A stretch of DNA of 64,000 bases from Squalus acanthias (Eukaryota): contig CM059440.1 in NCBI GenBank assembly GCA_030390025.1, positions 23,312,001 through 23,376,000 of the forward strand. The letters are read 5' to 3'. Every line of letters starts with the position of its first letter. The stretch's first letter is position 1. The notes under the pieces were generated by a model. It saw only the letters and a program-made list of their open reading frames with translations. It did not search any database and was not told the DNA's origin. Of this stretch, positions 26,900-39,198 are shown piece by piece. The translations under genes were made by a program, and so were the position numbers.

Positions 26900-27631
26900 C
26901 AGTGGTGTAGGTAGGAATGGAAATTTGAGTAGGCCCCAACTTGTGCTGGACAAGCAATGACCAACGGTCTGACTGGGGTCGTTGCCCCTATTTTACAAGT
27001 CACATGGCAACATGGTATTTCCAAATTTGGTTACCTAAAGACTACTTGAGCTGCCAGATTGAAGGGAGTTGCCATCTGCAGCGGGTGAGTTTGGAGCGTT
27101 GCTTCAGGTGGAGCTGAGATCAATTGGAACCTCTGGTTATCCCAGCTGCAGCTTTTACTCCAATTGATCTAGGTTATTGTCTCTGGGAACTTGGGGTGTG
27201 TGTGTGGGGTGTGTCTGGTTTTATTCTCTCTCTATCTCAATGAATTTTGAAAAATTCTGATCAGGCTTTCTGTGAAATTGTATCCCTGGAAGATTTGATT
27301 GCATTTGGGAATTGGATTAAATACTTCAAAAAAGAAATATTTGCAAGGGGTCAGATGCTGACACCCACCCACCGACGGTGGGCGGGGCTGCAGGAGACCT
27401 GTCCCATCATTCATCCCGACCCTCCCGGTACCTCAGGCCCCAGTTCTGGTTCCTGCCACTGGGTTGGTGTGATGGCAAAATTCATCACCCCCCCCCCCCA
27501 GCCAGCAACCTCAAAGGTTCCACTCTCAGCGTGCACAGGGCAGGCCCAGAGTCTGGTTAAGTCTGCTACATATTTGGGTGGGCCTAGGTGCTAATTGGGT
27601 GGGCTATGGCCCACTTGTGGCTACCTCACTG
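26900..27631. mobile_element. Possible degraded hAT-type element
   Basis: Imperfect termini cagtggtgtagg / gctacctcactg (9/12); flanks ctctttgc / ctcttcag resemble a decayed 8-bp TSD. Confidence 0.4.
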
Positions 27632-28666
27632 CTCTTCAGCTTGATGCTAACCCCCCATAAAGTGGGAGATGGCAGAGAGGTGGAGAAAGTTGACTGGAGC
27701 TCAGTGCCTGTCTGCATTAAATGCTTGGAATGTAATCAGTAAGCAGTTTGCTGTCTGGATGTTTGTTCCTTTTAAAGGCATTTGCATTTGACCCATTATA
27801 CCTTTAGGGTCACAGCAAATGCAACCTCCATATCGGGCTAGCACTCTGATCCTCGAGGCTTGGCTCCCTCCAGCATTGATCTGTTAAATGGCTTCATGTG
27901 TACTGCAAATGGTGTGTGTTTTTTCCAGTTGTACTTCCTGTGCCTAGTCCCCAAGAGGCGCTCACTCTCCCAGGTTAATTGTGATTAGAACAGATGGGGT
28001 TTTTCAGCATTTGACTGCATTGGTTGCTGCTGCACATTCTCTCCCTGGTACATGGTTTTTTTTATGGAAACTGTTTTGTTTCCTCCTGACTGCTATTAAA
28101 TCTAGTATCCTGTGTAAATAGGTACTGGTTATTTTTTTTCCCTGTAGGTGAGAGCGAGCTTCTGGCTGCTTCTCGATTTAACAAGATTTTTATACCCGAT
28201 TGAATTCTTGCTCACACAGCACCTTGGATTATTAACTCTTTCCCAGCTTTGCTATTCCAGCTGTACATTTACAGCTGACATTTGCTGCATTTAATGGAAC
28301 TTATTGACTTGGGTCTGAAAATAGCAGGACATTCACAGTAGATGTCTTTTAGGGAAAAACCCATGAGTCCTGAGAGACCAGTGTTTACTCCAGGTGAAGA
28401 ATTACAGCTTCCCGCGCCTATTGGGCTGAGTTTACCCAGACACTTAGATTATGTGGAAGCCCCAACTACAAGTCTGACCGAGGCTAAGGTTATTGGGCTC
28501 TGCAGATATGCATGATTGAAGGTATCTGAATTCTAAGTAGATCTAGTCAACACCTCCCCAGGGAATGAGAGCGACAGAACCTTGAAGTCAGTCTGGGCAC
28601 AGCCAGGCTGTGACTTTTGGGTTTTTTGCTCCATTGGCCAGCCAGGCTGTGCTGATGTATACGTCA

Positions 28667-29559
28667 TGATGCGGAGATGCCGGTGTTGGACTGGGGTGGA
28701 CAAAATTGAGAGGTCGCACAACACCAGGTTATAGTCCAAGGGGGAAAAATTCAGCTGCTTGCGCCTCCCGTTAGCGCCTTAAGAGGGCGCTAATGGGGCG
28801 TAAAGCAGCTAACGCCCGGGCGCAGCGCCGCCCACTGCCTCCCGAAAAATTCAGCGGGAGGTTAGCGGCGGCGGCAGCCGGTAGCGCCCTGTGGCGCTGC
28901 GCCGCCGGCGATGACGTCATCGCCGTGCGCAGCGCCCCAGCCGTGATCTTCAGTCGCGCCCCCTGATTTACCGCCAGACGCTATGTCCGACGGGTTCAGG
29001 GAGGCGTACGTGCGGCCGGGGCGGCGATATTTAAAGGGGAGGTGGCAGGCGGCCATTTTTGTTGCTGGCCGCCTGCCAGCACCTGCCCCCGTTGCTGTCC
29101 CCGGCCCCCGTGAAGCCCCCCCACCGTGAAGTGCCGGCTGCGCTCCAAGAGCCCGGCACTTCTCTTGAGTGCCGGGCTCTTTTGCCGGCACTCCCGATCC
29201 CTGGGGGCCCAGCTGGGCCCCGGTTCGCGCTGCGCAGGGTCCCTCCCCTTTAAGAAGGGGAGGAAGGCCTGCAATACCGCGGCGCGACGTGCCGCAGCGC
29301 GTGGCGCTGCGGCACGTAGCGCCAGGATATTGACTCGCAGCGCCCCAAGAGGGATGCGGGGTGCTTCCAGTGGCGCCCCGCTTCCCTCTTGGGGCGCAAC
29401 CACTGAAGTTCCGGCGCGGGGCCGCTAATTTTTTCGGGGCGCTAAAAGTCGCGCCCCGGCGAGGTTAGCGCCCCAAATGGGGCGCGACTCAATTTTTACC
29501 CCCAACAGTTTTATTTTAAATCACAAGCTTTCGGAGTTACAACTCCTTCGTCGGGTGAA
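28667..29559 (-). mobile_element. Third Penelope-like terminus, split by a MITE
   Basis: 28667-28739 and 29503-29559 join into the same family sequence as 3243-3370. Confidence 0.8.
28740..29502. mobile_element. GC-rich PIF/Harbinger-like MITE
   Basis: TIRs gggggaaaaatt / aatttttacccc; 3-bp TSD CAA; repeated gttagcgcc subterminal motifs; CpG largely undecayed. Confidence 0.8.
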
Positions 29560-30001
29560 TACTGACAGGCTTTGGGTAAAAAAAAAAGCAAGGAGGCAAG
29601 GGGCCTACAAACCGGCCTCGACAGCCATGTCTCTTTAGTTAAATTGAGCCACAGGATGATGAACAATGTTTTAAAATGAAATTGAGCGAAACAGTTAAAC
29701 TGATGAAGTTGAGTTTGTTCAGTGTTACTGACAGGATCTTTGTAGAGTGTGCTGTTATCAGGCTCTGCGTTGGAGGAGTACGGGTGGTGAGTTGGATCAA
29801 AGCAGAAGCAAATGACTGACCAGTTCCTGACTTACAGAAGTGAACAGGCTGCAGTGGCTTCAGGTTCTTGCTTTTATTACCCATTTTGCTCATTAAGCAG
29901 AGACTCGGTCAACTTTAGCGTGCTGCAGACATTAGACAGATTGGCTGCTCTTCTGAGCAGATGGTGTCTGATCCGTACTGGGGTTATTTGTTTGACGGTG
30001 A

Positions 30002-32490
30002 AAAGAAAGAAAGACTTGTATTTATATAGCGCCTTTCACGACCGCCAGACGTCCCAAAATGCTTTACAGCCAATGATGTACTTTTTGAAGTGTAGTCACT
30101 GTTGTAATGTAGGAAACGCAGCAGCCAATTTGTGCACAGCAAGCTCCCACAAACGGCAATGTAATAATGACCATTACATAGGATATACAGCACAGAAACA
30201 GGCCATTCGGCCCAACCAGTCTATGCCGGTGTTTATGCTCCACTTGAGCCTCCTCCCGTCTTTCCTCATCTAACCCTATCAGCATAGCCCACTATTTCCT
30301 TCTCCCTCATATGCTTATCTAATCGCCCCTTAAATGCATCAATACTATTTGCTTCAACCACTCCCTGTGATAGCGAGTTCCACATTCTCACCACTCTCTG
30401 GGTAAAGAAGTTTCTTCTGAATTCCCTATTGGATTTCTTGGTGACTATCTTATATTGATGGCCTCTAGTTTTACTCTTCCCCACAAGTGGAAACACTCTC
30501 TCTGCATCTACTCTATCAAAAACTTTCATGGTTTTAAAGACCTCTATTAGGTCACCCTCAGCCTTCTCTTTTCAAGAGAAATGCGACCCAGCCTGTTCAC
30601 CCTTTCCTGATAGGTGTACCCTCGCATTTCTGGTATCATCCTTGTAAATCTTCTCTGCACCCTCTCCAGTGCCTCCACAACCTTTTTATAATATGGCGAC
30701 CAGAATTGCACACAGTACTCCAAGTGTGGTCTAACTATGGTTCGATACAGGTTTAGCATAACTTCACTACTTTTCAATTCTATCCCTCTAGAAATAAACT
30801 CTAGTGCTTGGTTTGCTTTTTTTATGGCCTTGTTAACCTGTGTCACTACTTTTTAGTGATTTGTGTATTTGTACTCCTAGATCCCTTTGTTCCTCTACCC
30901 CATTTAGACTCTTATTTTCCAAGTGATCTCCCTATTTTTCTTACCAAAATGTAATACCTCACATTTATCTGTGTTGAATTTCATTTGCCAATTATATGTC
31001 CATTCTGCAAGTTTATTAATGTCGTTTTGTAATTTGTTGTCGTCCTCCTCAATATTGGCTATCACCACCGCCCCCCCCCCCCCCCCAATTTTGTGTCATA
31101 TGCAAATTTAGAAATTGTGTTTTTGATTCCAAGGTCTAAATTGTTAATATAAATTGTGAACAGCAGTGGTCCCAGCACTGATCCTTGTGGAACACCACTT
31201 CCCACCTTCTGCCACTCTGAATAGCTACCCTTTACCCCTATTCTCTGCTTTCTGTCTTGAAGCCAGCTAGCTATCCATTCTGCTACTTGTCCCCTGACTC
31301 CGCATTCCCTGACCTTATTCATTAATCTATTATGTGGTACCTTATCGAAGGCCTTTTTAAAAAAAAAAAATCTAGATAAATTACATCTACCGCATTACCC
31401 TTGTCTACTCTCTGTTACCTCTTCAAAAAATTCAATTAGGTTGGTCAAACAAGACTTTCCCTTTTGAAATCCATGCTATTTATTTTTTTTGTTTCTAGAT
31501 ATTCTTCTATTTTCTCCTTTAGAAGGGATCCATTATTTTTCCTACCACCAATGTTAAGCTGACTGGCCTATAGTTCCCTGGACATGTTCTATCTCCCTTC
31601 TTAAATATGGGTATTACGTTAGCTATCCGCCAGTCCTCCAGCACGACACCTTTTTCTAACGAATTACTAAATATGTATAGTAATGCCTCTGCTATCTCTT
31701 CCCTAGATTCTTTTAAAATGCGCGGATGTAATCCGTCCAGACCAGGGGTTTTATCCTCTGAGTTTCATTAGTTTATTTAGCATATCTCCTCGTTTTATTT
31801 TAAATGCAGTTGACTCATTACTAATCTCATCATCTGATGTCATCTCCACCTGTTCTATCACCCTGGTAAATACTGAAGCAAAGTAATTGTTTAATATCTC
31901 TGCCATCTCTCTATTGCTGCCTGTGGTATTATCATCTCCATCCCTTAGTGGCCCTATTCCCATCTCGACCTTCCTTTTTTTTATTTATGTGCCTGTAAAA
32001 TATTTTACTATTTTGTTTTATGTTCCTTGATAATTTAATTTCATAGTTCCTCTTTGCCTTCCTAATTTTTTTTGACTTCCCTCCTAATCCCTTCATATTC
32101 TCTCTTATCATGCTCTCCCCTGCTGTCCATGTACTTAATGTATGCTTCTTTCCTTACCCTCAACTTTTCCCTTATGGCTTTATTAATCCACGGATAATGT
32201 GTTATTTTAGATGTTGATTAAGGGATAAATATTGGCCAGGACACTGCGAATAACTCCCTTGCTCTTATTCGAAATAGTGCCATGGGATCTTTTACATCCA
32301 CCTAAGAGGGCAGACGGGGCCTCGGTTTAACGTCTTATCTGAAAGACGGCACCTCCGAAAGTGCAGCACTCTCTCAGTACTGCACTGGAGTGTCAACCCA
32401 GATTTTTGTGCTCAAGTCTCTGGAGTGGGACTTGAACCCACAACCTTCTGACTCCGAGGCGAGAGTGCTACCAACTGAGCCACCACTGAC
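30002..32490 (-). mobile_element. Deu-domain SINE split by a CR1 insertion (tail 30002-30173, head about 32192-32490)
   Basis: The halves join as ...taatgacca|gataat...; tRNA-like head with gggttcaagtccc on - strand. Confidence 0.8.
30174..32190 (-). mobile_element. About 2-kb 5'-truncated CR1 LINE with frameshifted RT
   Basis: ORF pieces SGVPQGSVLGPLLFTIYIN, RPHLEYCVQFWSP, RVVRMWNSL. Confidence 0.93.
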
Positions 32491-32559
32491 ACTGGTGAAG
32501 GATTTTTTAAAGCTTAAAAAGCGAGCATGCACACACATACTTCGTTTTTGCATCATGAA

Positions 32560-32935
32560 GGAAAGAATTGCATTTATATAGTGCCTTTCACATCCTCTGG
32601 ACTTCCCAAAACACCTTGCACATCAAAAGTACTTAATTGCTGTAATCACTTGTAGGCCAGGGCGATGAGATAAATGGCAAGTTAATCTGTTGATTTGAGG
32701 GAGAACTCCCCAGCTCCTCTTCACATAGTGGCATGGGATCTTTCATATCCACCTAAGTAGGCAGACAGGGCTTCAATTTAATGTCTCATCTGCAAGATGG
32801 AACCTCCAACAATGAAGTATTCCCTCAGCGCTGCACTGAAGTGTCAGCCTAGATTATGTGCTCATCCTGGAGGGGAGCTTGAACCCATGACTTTCTGACT
32901 CGGGTGAGAATGCCATAATTGAGCCAACCTGACGC
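32560..32935 (-). mobile_element. Deu-domain SINE, older copy
   Basis: Same blocks as the neighbouring copy (gcatttatatagtgcctttcac; catgggatct; gtgtcagcctagattatgtgctc). Confidence 0.7.
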
Positions 32936-34805
32936 TCTCTCTAAAGAAAAACCTACTATTCAGCCATAAGCCGGGTTAACAATGCTTCTTGCATTCTGAC
33001 CCAGTGCGACTGACTGCTCAAGAAGATGGCTAACTAGTGATTTTCCTCCTTCGGATAGGAGTAAGCAGCATCTCTCTGGCTCCAAGAGCTTGGCACCAAG
33101 GTGATCCTCTCCAGCTGATACAGTAATCTAATACCTGAGCCAGGCAGGTCCCATAGTACTCCGGTCTTGAGCAGTGAGAGGCCAGGAGTGTGGCGTTTAG
33201 CCTGTGTGACATTTATTGGGCAAAAGTATAGATATTTTTATTTTATTAGCTTTTGACTTCAATTTAGTTACTATTAGCTGTACAATATTAGGAACTGTTT
33301 AAACTGGTTTATTTGCTGCAGTACCTGTGGGCTTGTTTGAGTTGGTAATAGATTGATTACTAATTGATTGTTTAAGTGGACAAAGTTTAAGTGGACAATA
33401 TTATTGGTTGATTTTAACTGTCCCAAGATAGATTGGAAGTAAGATATTGTGTGTGGGGAAGCTTTTTAGAATGCATCCAGGACTGCTTTCCTTGATCAGT
33501 ATGTTTCTAGTCCAACAAAGAAAGAAACATTGCTTGCTTTTAGTTCTGGGAAATGGACTGGGTGAATAACTGATGTGGGAGTTGGAGAACAATTGGGAAT
33601 TATCAGCCATAACACAGGTTTAATATGAAAATAGAAAAGGATAATCATCATCAATAGCTTGTCACTCTGAAACCACAGCCAGGCTCTAACATTGTCAACA
33701 ACACCCAGCCATAGAGCAATGTTCCAAACTTGATACGAGTGGGAAGGCTGAATTCAACCCCAAAAGATAGTTATTTCCTTAACATAAGCACAAATATATG
33801 CTCCTTTACTTGGTGACTCAACAGTATTGTCGGAAAGCGGGTAGACAATCTGCAGAGCCAGCCACTCTCAAAGGCTGGTGACATGCACTCACTCACCTCA
33901 AAGTGTTTGAACATCCAGTATTTTAGAATTGTCAACACTATAATTCCCACTAGCAGGTGTTGGCATTTTTCAAGAAATGTCGGCCTGTGCAAATTCTGTG
34001 AAATGCTGTGCTTAGTGGATGTTGCGCAAGCCAAAGTCTGTAAGCGCTCATGCCTGACGCATCCGCATCTAAACCCAGTGGCATCTTGTCCTGACGTCAG
34101 CACCAGAATTACTGCTCATTGCCATTTCTCCAGCTCCTTAATGTCCTGTAATTAACCAAATACTGATGAGTCTCACAGTCAGCATCTGTGTTCTCACTGC
34201 CAGTTTGGGGAAACAATTGAATTGACCAATCTGTTTATAAACACATCACAAAGGCAACGGTTTTAATAATGGATAATGTGACTTCTGAAACAGTTTTTCA
34301 TTTAGGGTTATCGTCCTGGTTATTTTTCCAAATTTGGTCCACTTAATGTGTTATTTTTGAGGCAGAGGGAGAATAGCTGAAGGGTTGTTCTGCATAGCTG
34401 TGATTCCTTTCCCTATACCTGACTTTGTTTTAAAGAAATGCTGGATATGAGTACAATGCAGATGGGTGGACCAGGGGTCTGAGGAAAAGGGGATTGAACT
34501 GATGGGAATTGAGGTAATGAATGTGGTGTTGGTGAATATCTTTACTATAAAATCCATCTCAATAATTTGTCAAATCTGTTCCTAACTGAAGTGGCTCCAT
34601 TCAGTTTTAAATGCACGTATTGATGCACTGTCTGCAGATGTAATTAAAGCTGTAAATCCTGCAGCATTTAGACAGAGGCACTGATGTGATGGATAAACTA
34701 GACTTTCATTGAACTGATCTCCATGTACTGTACATAGCTTTGGTTCCAGCATCAGCTGAAGCAAATGTGTGTTCCAAATAGTGTCTGGCTGTGTGTGAAT
34801 GTGCA

Positions 34806-35311
34806 CCACCCAGTGTGGTACTGAGCCATGCAGTGTGTGAATACACCGCCCAGTGTGGTACTGAGCCATGCAGTGTGTGAATACACAGCCCAGTGTGGTA
34901 CTGAGCCATGCAGTGTGTGAATACACTGCCCAGTGTGGTACTGAGCCATGCAGTGTGTGAATACACAGCCCAGTGTGGTACTGAGCCATGCAGTGTGTGA
35001 ATACACCGCCCAGTGTGGTACTGAGCCATGCAGTGTGTGAATACACTGCCCAGTGTGGTACTGAGCCATGCAGTGTGTGAATACACCGCCCAGTGTGGTA
35101 CTGAGCCATGCAGTGTGTGAATACACCGCCCAGTGTGATACTGAGCCATGCAGTGTGTGAATACACAGCCCAGTGTGGTACTGAGCCATGCGGTGTGTGA
35201 ATACACCGCCCAGTGTGGTACTGAGCCATGCGGTGTGTGAATACACCGCCCAGTGTGGTACTGAGCCATGCGGTGTGTGAATACACAGCCCGGTGTGGTA
35301 CTGAGCCATGC
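34806..35311. repeat. 40-bp minisatellite, about 12.5 copies
   Basis: Unit cagtgtggtactgagccatgcagtgtgtgaatacaccgcc. Confidence 0.97.
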
Positions 35312-36464
35312 GGGAAAGTCCGTGTATGAGGACATGATTAGGCTGGAATCAATACCCTCCATAGTCTTAATGGTCTGCTGTGTAGGTGCACTTATGAAGA
35401 ATGGCCATTCAGGCAAGGTCTCCAAGGTGCTTGTGGAACTGGTCCCCCGCATGAATCATTGCCTCTGGGAAAGGATGGGAGAGAAAGACAAGTCTGTGAA
35501 TGTCGGCCCAGCAGAGCTCCACTCAGCCAGAGCTCGTGACTGTGGGTCAATCACTTCAGTGTACCCGTGTGTCCTGGGAGTGGGCAGTATTTGGCTGTTA
35601 ACATTTTGTAGAGTATTAACTGGAGGTGACTGACTCCACCCCGCCTATTGAACATACCTCTTCTCAGTGGGTTCTGGGACACTGACCTAAACCAAGCAGC
35701 TGATGCAGGCATTGGGTGGTGAGCAGTTCCTTCAGAGGGAGGGAATTGAGAAGCAGTCAGGCTAGTGGGTGTCCAGCGTCACTGTGACCAGGGTAGCTGC
35801 CAGTCTGACATGAAGGGAATAAAAAGAGTCGAGCCTTTCACTTTCATCAGACTGCAACATCAGACCCTTCCCCCGTTCCCCCCCCCATTTCTGTCCACCC
35901 CTATTCTAGGTGCTTTCCAGACCCTCTCCCTCACTCAAGTTTATCTTTATTGGTCAGAAATGTGGGAATGTTGGGCATGATCCCACTTAGTGCTCTCCCT
36001 TAAACCCTAAAGAAACAAACTAGCTCTCCTTGGAACTTTGAACATTGGTTCCCTCCGGCCTGTTTGTTTGTTTGAATCCAGTTGTCTCTGGTCCTTTGCT
36101 TTCACGGACAGTGGAGTGGATGGTAACCCCCCAGCCTGTTAGCACTGGCATGCTTTGCCTTTACTTTGCTCAGCTCTGATTCACTTCTTTAAAAACAAAA
36201 CGCAGTGGGGTGAACAGAAGCAGGAAATAAATTGGTTCTTAAACTACCTGAAAATAAGGCTTCCTTCTAATAAATCTCACATCTGAAGCTTGTTTGTGAT
36301 TTGTCCCAGAGACACTGTCTGGCGAAAGTCCTCATCCAGCAGGAGATGCCTTTTTAAAAAAAAAATCTTGTTGGGTTTCACTTTTCTTGCCCGCGCGGTT
36401 GGTGTGATTGGAGTCCGTGTGTGTTCTCAGTAACAGATCTGTTTGTCCTCTTCCTGTTGTGCAG

Positions 36465-36641
36465 GCTGCGGCATACGCCTCCGAAGATGGTGTCCTGACT
36501 GAAGCAATGATCGATTCCAGGGTGGCCGATGCCATTCGTCAGCACGAGCAGAAAATGGTGTGGCTGAAGAACGAGGACAGAGGGAAGACTACAGGCATTC
36601 AGCATCTTGTGCCGCCCCTTCCAGAGGGCACACCGGTGTGA
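36465..36641 (+). CDS. ATAD3A: ATAD3A last coding exon
   Basis: gtgcag|GCTGCG...GTGTGA; [58 protein letters not shown]; all nine exon phases join in frame. Confidence 0.96.
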   Translation, partial: AAAYASEDGVLTEAMIDSRVADAIRQHEQKMVWLKNEDRGKTTGIQHLVPPLPEGTPV

Positions 36642-39192
36642 GTGTCCTGCAGAGCAGTGTCTGCACCCTACAACTGGGCCGAGAAACCCTGAATTGAACT
36701 GACCTGCACCAACGTAAAACGTGCACGAGTATCCACTGTCCAGTCTTCTAGGATTGTTCATTTCTGACTGTCCAGTGGTGCGAGCAGCTTCGCACGTGAC
36801 TCCGACCCAGACAGCAGTCAGTTCATGTCCTGTTGGGCCTCCAGCTCCCACTCAGTCGGACGGTTTTCGTCTGTACATTTTGTAACCAGTAGAATGCAGC
36901 TTGTTAACGAGAGGAGACTTGAAATGGCATTTCTGTCAGTCTCAGTCTGTCGCAGCAGCTGTGGTGTCTGTGTGTCCCGTGTCATTCAACCCCTCGCAGC
37001 TGCCGAGTATTCAATGTGGCCAGCCTGTGCTGGGAGGAGAGTGTGATGGTGAACTCTGTGCAGTTTAAGTATCTGTGTCTAGAAGATGTTTTGCGTTGAT
37101 GTGGTGTGCTTTGGTTCTGGGTTCCTCGACTCCAAGCACTGGCCATGTGCTGATCTGTAATCTACAGTTGGATTCATCATGTTCGAGACCGCATCCCTTA
37201 TTGCCCGCCTACCTCAAATGTATTTCTTGAAATGAACATTTCCGCTCATTTTTCATTAGCGATTCCCACAGATCATGGGGATTCACTGCCATTGTGCATC
37301 GGTGGTGAGATTGAGCAATCGCTGGTTTGCAACTGAACAGGTCACTGAGCTGAGTTTTACTGTGATGAGAAATTAAAACCACTGTATAACAGTTACTGAA
37401 CGTTGAAATAAAGTGGGAGTGAGGACTGCCAGGCAGGCAGAGTCGAACTCTGTTTCCCCTGGTCAAATGTTAATCCCATGTGGCATGAGGACTTTGATGT
37501 GGGCTGCGTGGAATTAAATGAGACTGCTGGCTGGGTGGGCCCTTTACATCGGTCCCGTTTGTCGTCTCCCCAAGTGGATGACCAGTAACCACACTAACGA
37601 TCCCAATCTGGAATTGCTGTAGGTGGGATTAGTGGGGTCAGGTTACCAGCTGGCTTCTTATTTATCCCTTTGCCCAGGAGCGTCAAAATAAAAGCTCAAA
37701 CCTGAGATTTTTAATCTTGTTAAATTTAAATAAATGGAATTAAACGCTAATTTGATTTATCCCATTGCTACTTCTAATAATTTTGAAAATTTCCAATTTT
37801 TTTTTTTGTCGCAGAAATTCCTTTTGCAGGCAAGCTGTGCATGTTCTGGGAAGTGAAAATTGCACTTGGGCCTCAAAGGGTTAAAATGTGGTTCCGCACT
37901 GACCCAAAGGCAATACTGGCGCTATTGGATTAGAGTCACTTTCGATTGATTTAAATAAAATGTTAACTTAAAACTGTCCAATAACATGGTGAGAAATCCC
38001 TTTACAATTTTTCTCATTCCCATCCCTCTCCCCAGAAATTCTCATCCAACCTGTTCCATGTGTCTCTGAAGTTATCTATTTAATAAAGGATCGGGGTGAG
38101 GCACTGAGAGCCCTCTGACCCCTTCAGTGGGAGAAAGTTTTAGGTGGTACTTAAGCACTGGTGCTAAAGTTGAATGAGGAAAGCCTAGTCTTGGGCTGCT
38201 TTTCCGTGTGAAGCTGCACTTTGCCCACTTTCCTTCCATGTTGTGGGTGAAAGGTTTGAGTCAGCTGTCAGTGTTCGATCTCCAAAGCTTTCTTCCCAGA
38301 CTGTTACATTAAAAAAAACTGGTGCCTTGTATGTGTTCTGCGCAGCCCAAGCTATTGGCATAAATAAAACAAAAGGATTGATTTTTAAACCGGAGAAGGA
38401 GGTTCACTCCTGATGCACTGATACCTACGGTCCATGTCCAGAGTTGGGTTTACGTAGAGTGGGGGGGGGAGGGCTAGCCGTGGGGTCGGCACGGTGCCAA
38501 ACGCAGGGTCTGTGGTTTCCTCACTCCCGTTCCCTCGTCCCTTTTTGTTTCAGATGATGACTACACATCCTATTTGTGGATGTTGAGCTACACACACACA
38601 CAGGGCCCGGTTGGGGAATTGCAATGTTAATTATTATGTATTATTGATATGATTCTCATATCCCTTTATTTAAAATGGTAAAGCCTAAACCACCTCTAAA
38701 AGCCTGGTCCATATGACCTGTAGACCCGTGAGCTTTCTCATCTAAATTACTAGCAACAAAAATCAAATGACCTTTTCGCCCTCCGGTAGTGTCCCTCATC
38801 TCTCTGTCCCTGGAATGTTCAGAGTCCCTCTCCCTAAAGTGGCTGCAGGGCGACAGGTGCTGAGTTGCTGTTTAAAGACCGTGTTTGGTGAACTTTACTG
38901 AAAGATTGAAGTGAAAGTAGCAGTTGTACTTTGAATTATGTTTGGGCAAGTGGGGTTTCCGGTCTGCCGTATATATTTTATATTTCTCTGAATAATCCAT
39001 TAATTGTTGAAATGACCTTTGTGATTTTACAGTCTGGAAAGCCTGAGTTTCCTTTTGTAAATTTATTTTAAGTTGAACAGAATCACCAAGTTTTTTTTAA
39101 ACTTTTCATCATCACTATATTCCGAACATGGAATGATTACAATTTGATAAATCCTTTTTTATTGGATTAAACATGTAAATCCTGCTTTATCT

Positions 39193-39198
39193 AATAAA
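39193..39198 (+). terminator. Candidate distal poly(A) signal of ATAD3A
   Basis: AATAAA after about 2.5 kb of largely repeat-free, U-rich UTR-like sequence; other AATAAA hexamers occur at about 37.7-38.4 kb, so the site actually used is unknown. Confidence 0.45.

Noticed and set aside
28862-29428. GC-rich ORFs or CpG-island promoter
   Set aside because: They lie wholly inside a TIR/TSD-bounded MITE and resemble no protein I recognise.
34582-35452. Three long overlapping repetitive ORFs
   Set aside because: Artefacts of a stop-free 40-bp tandem repeat.
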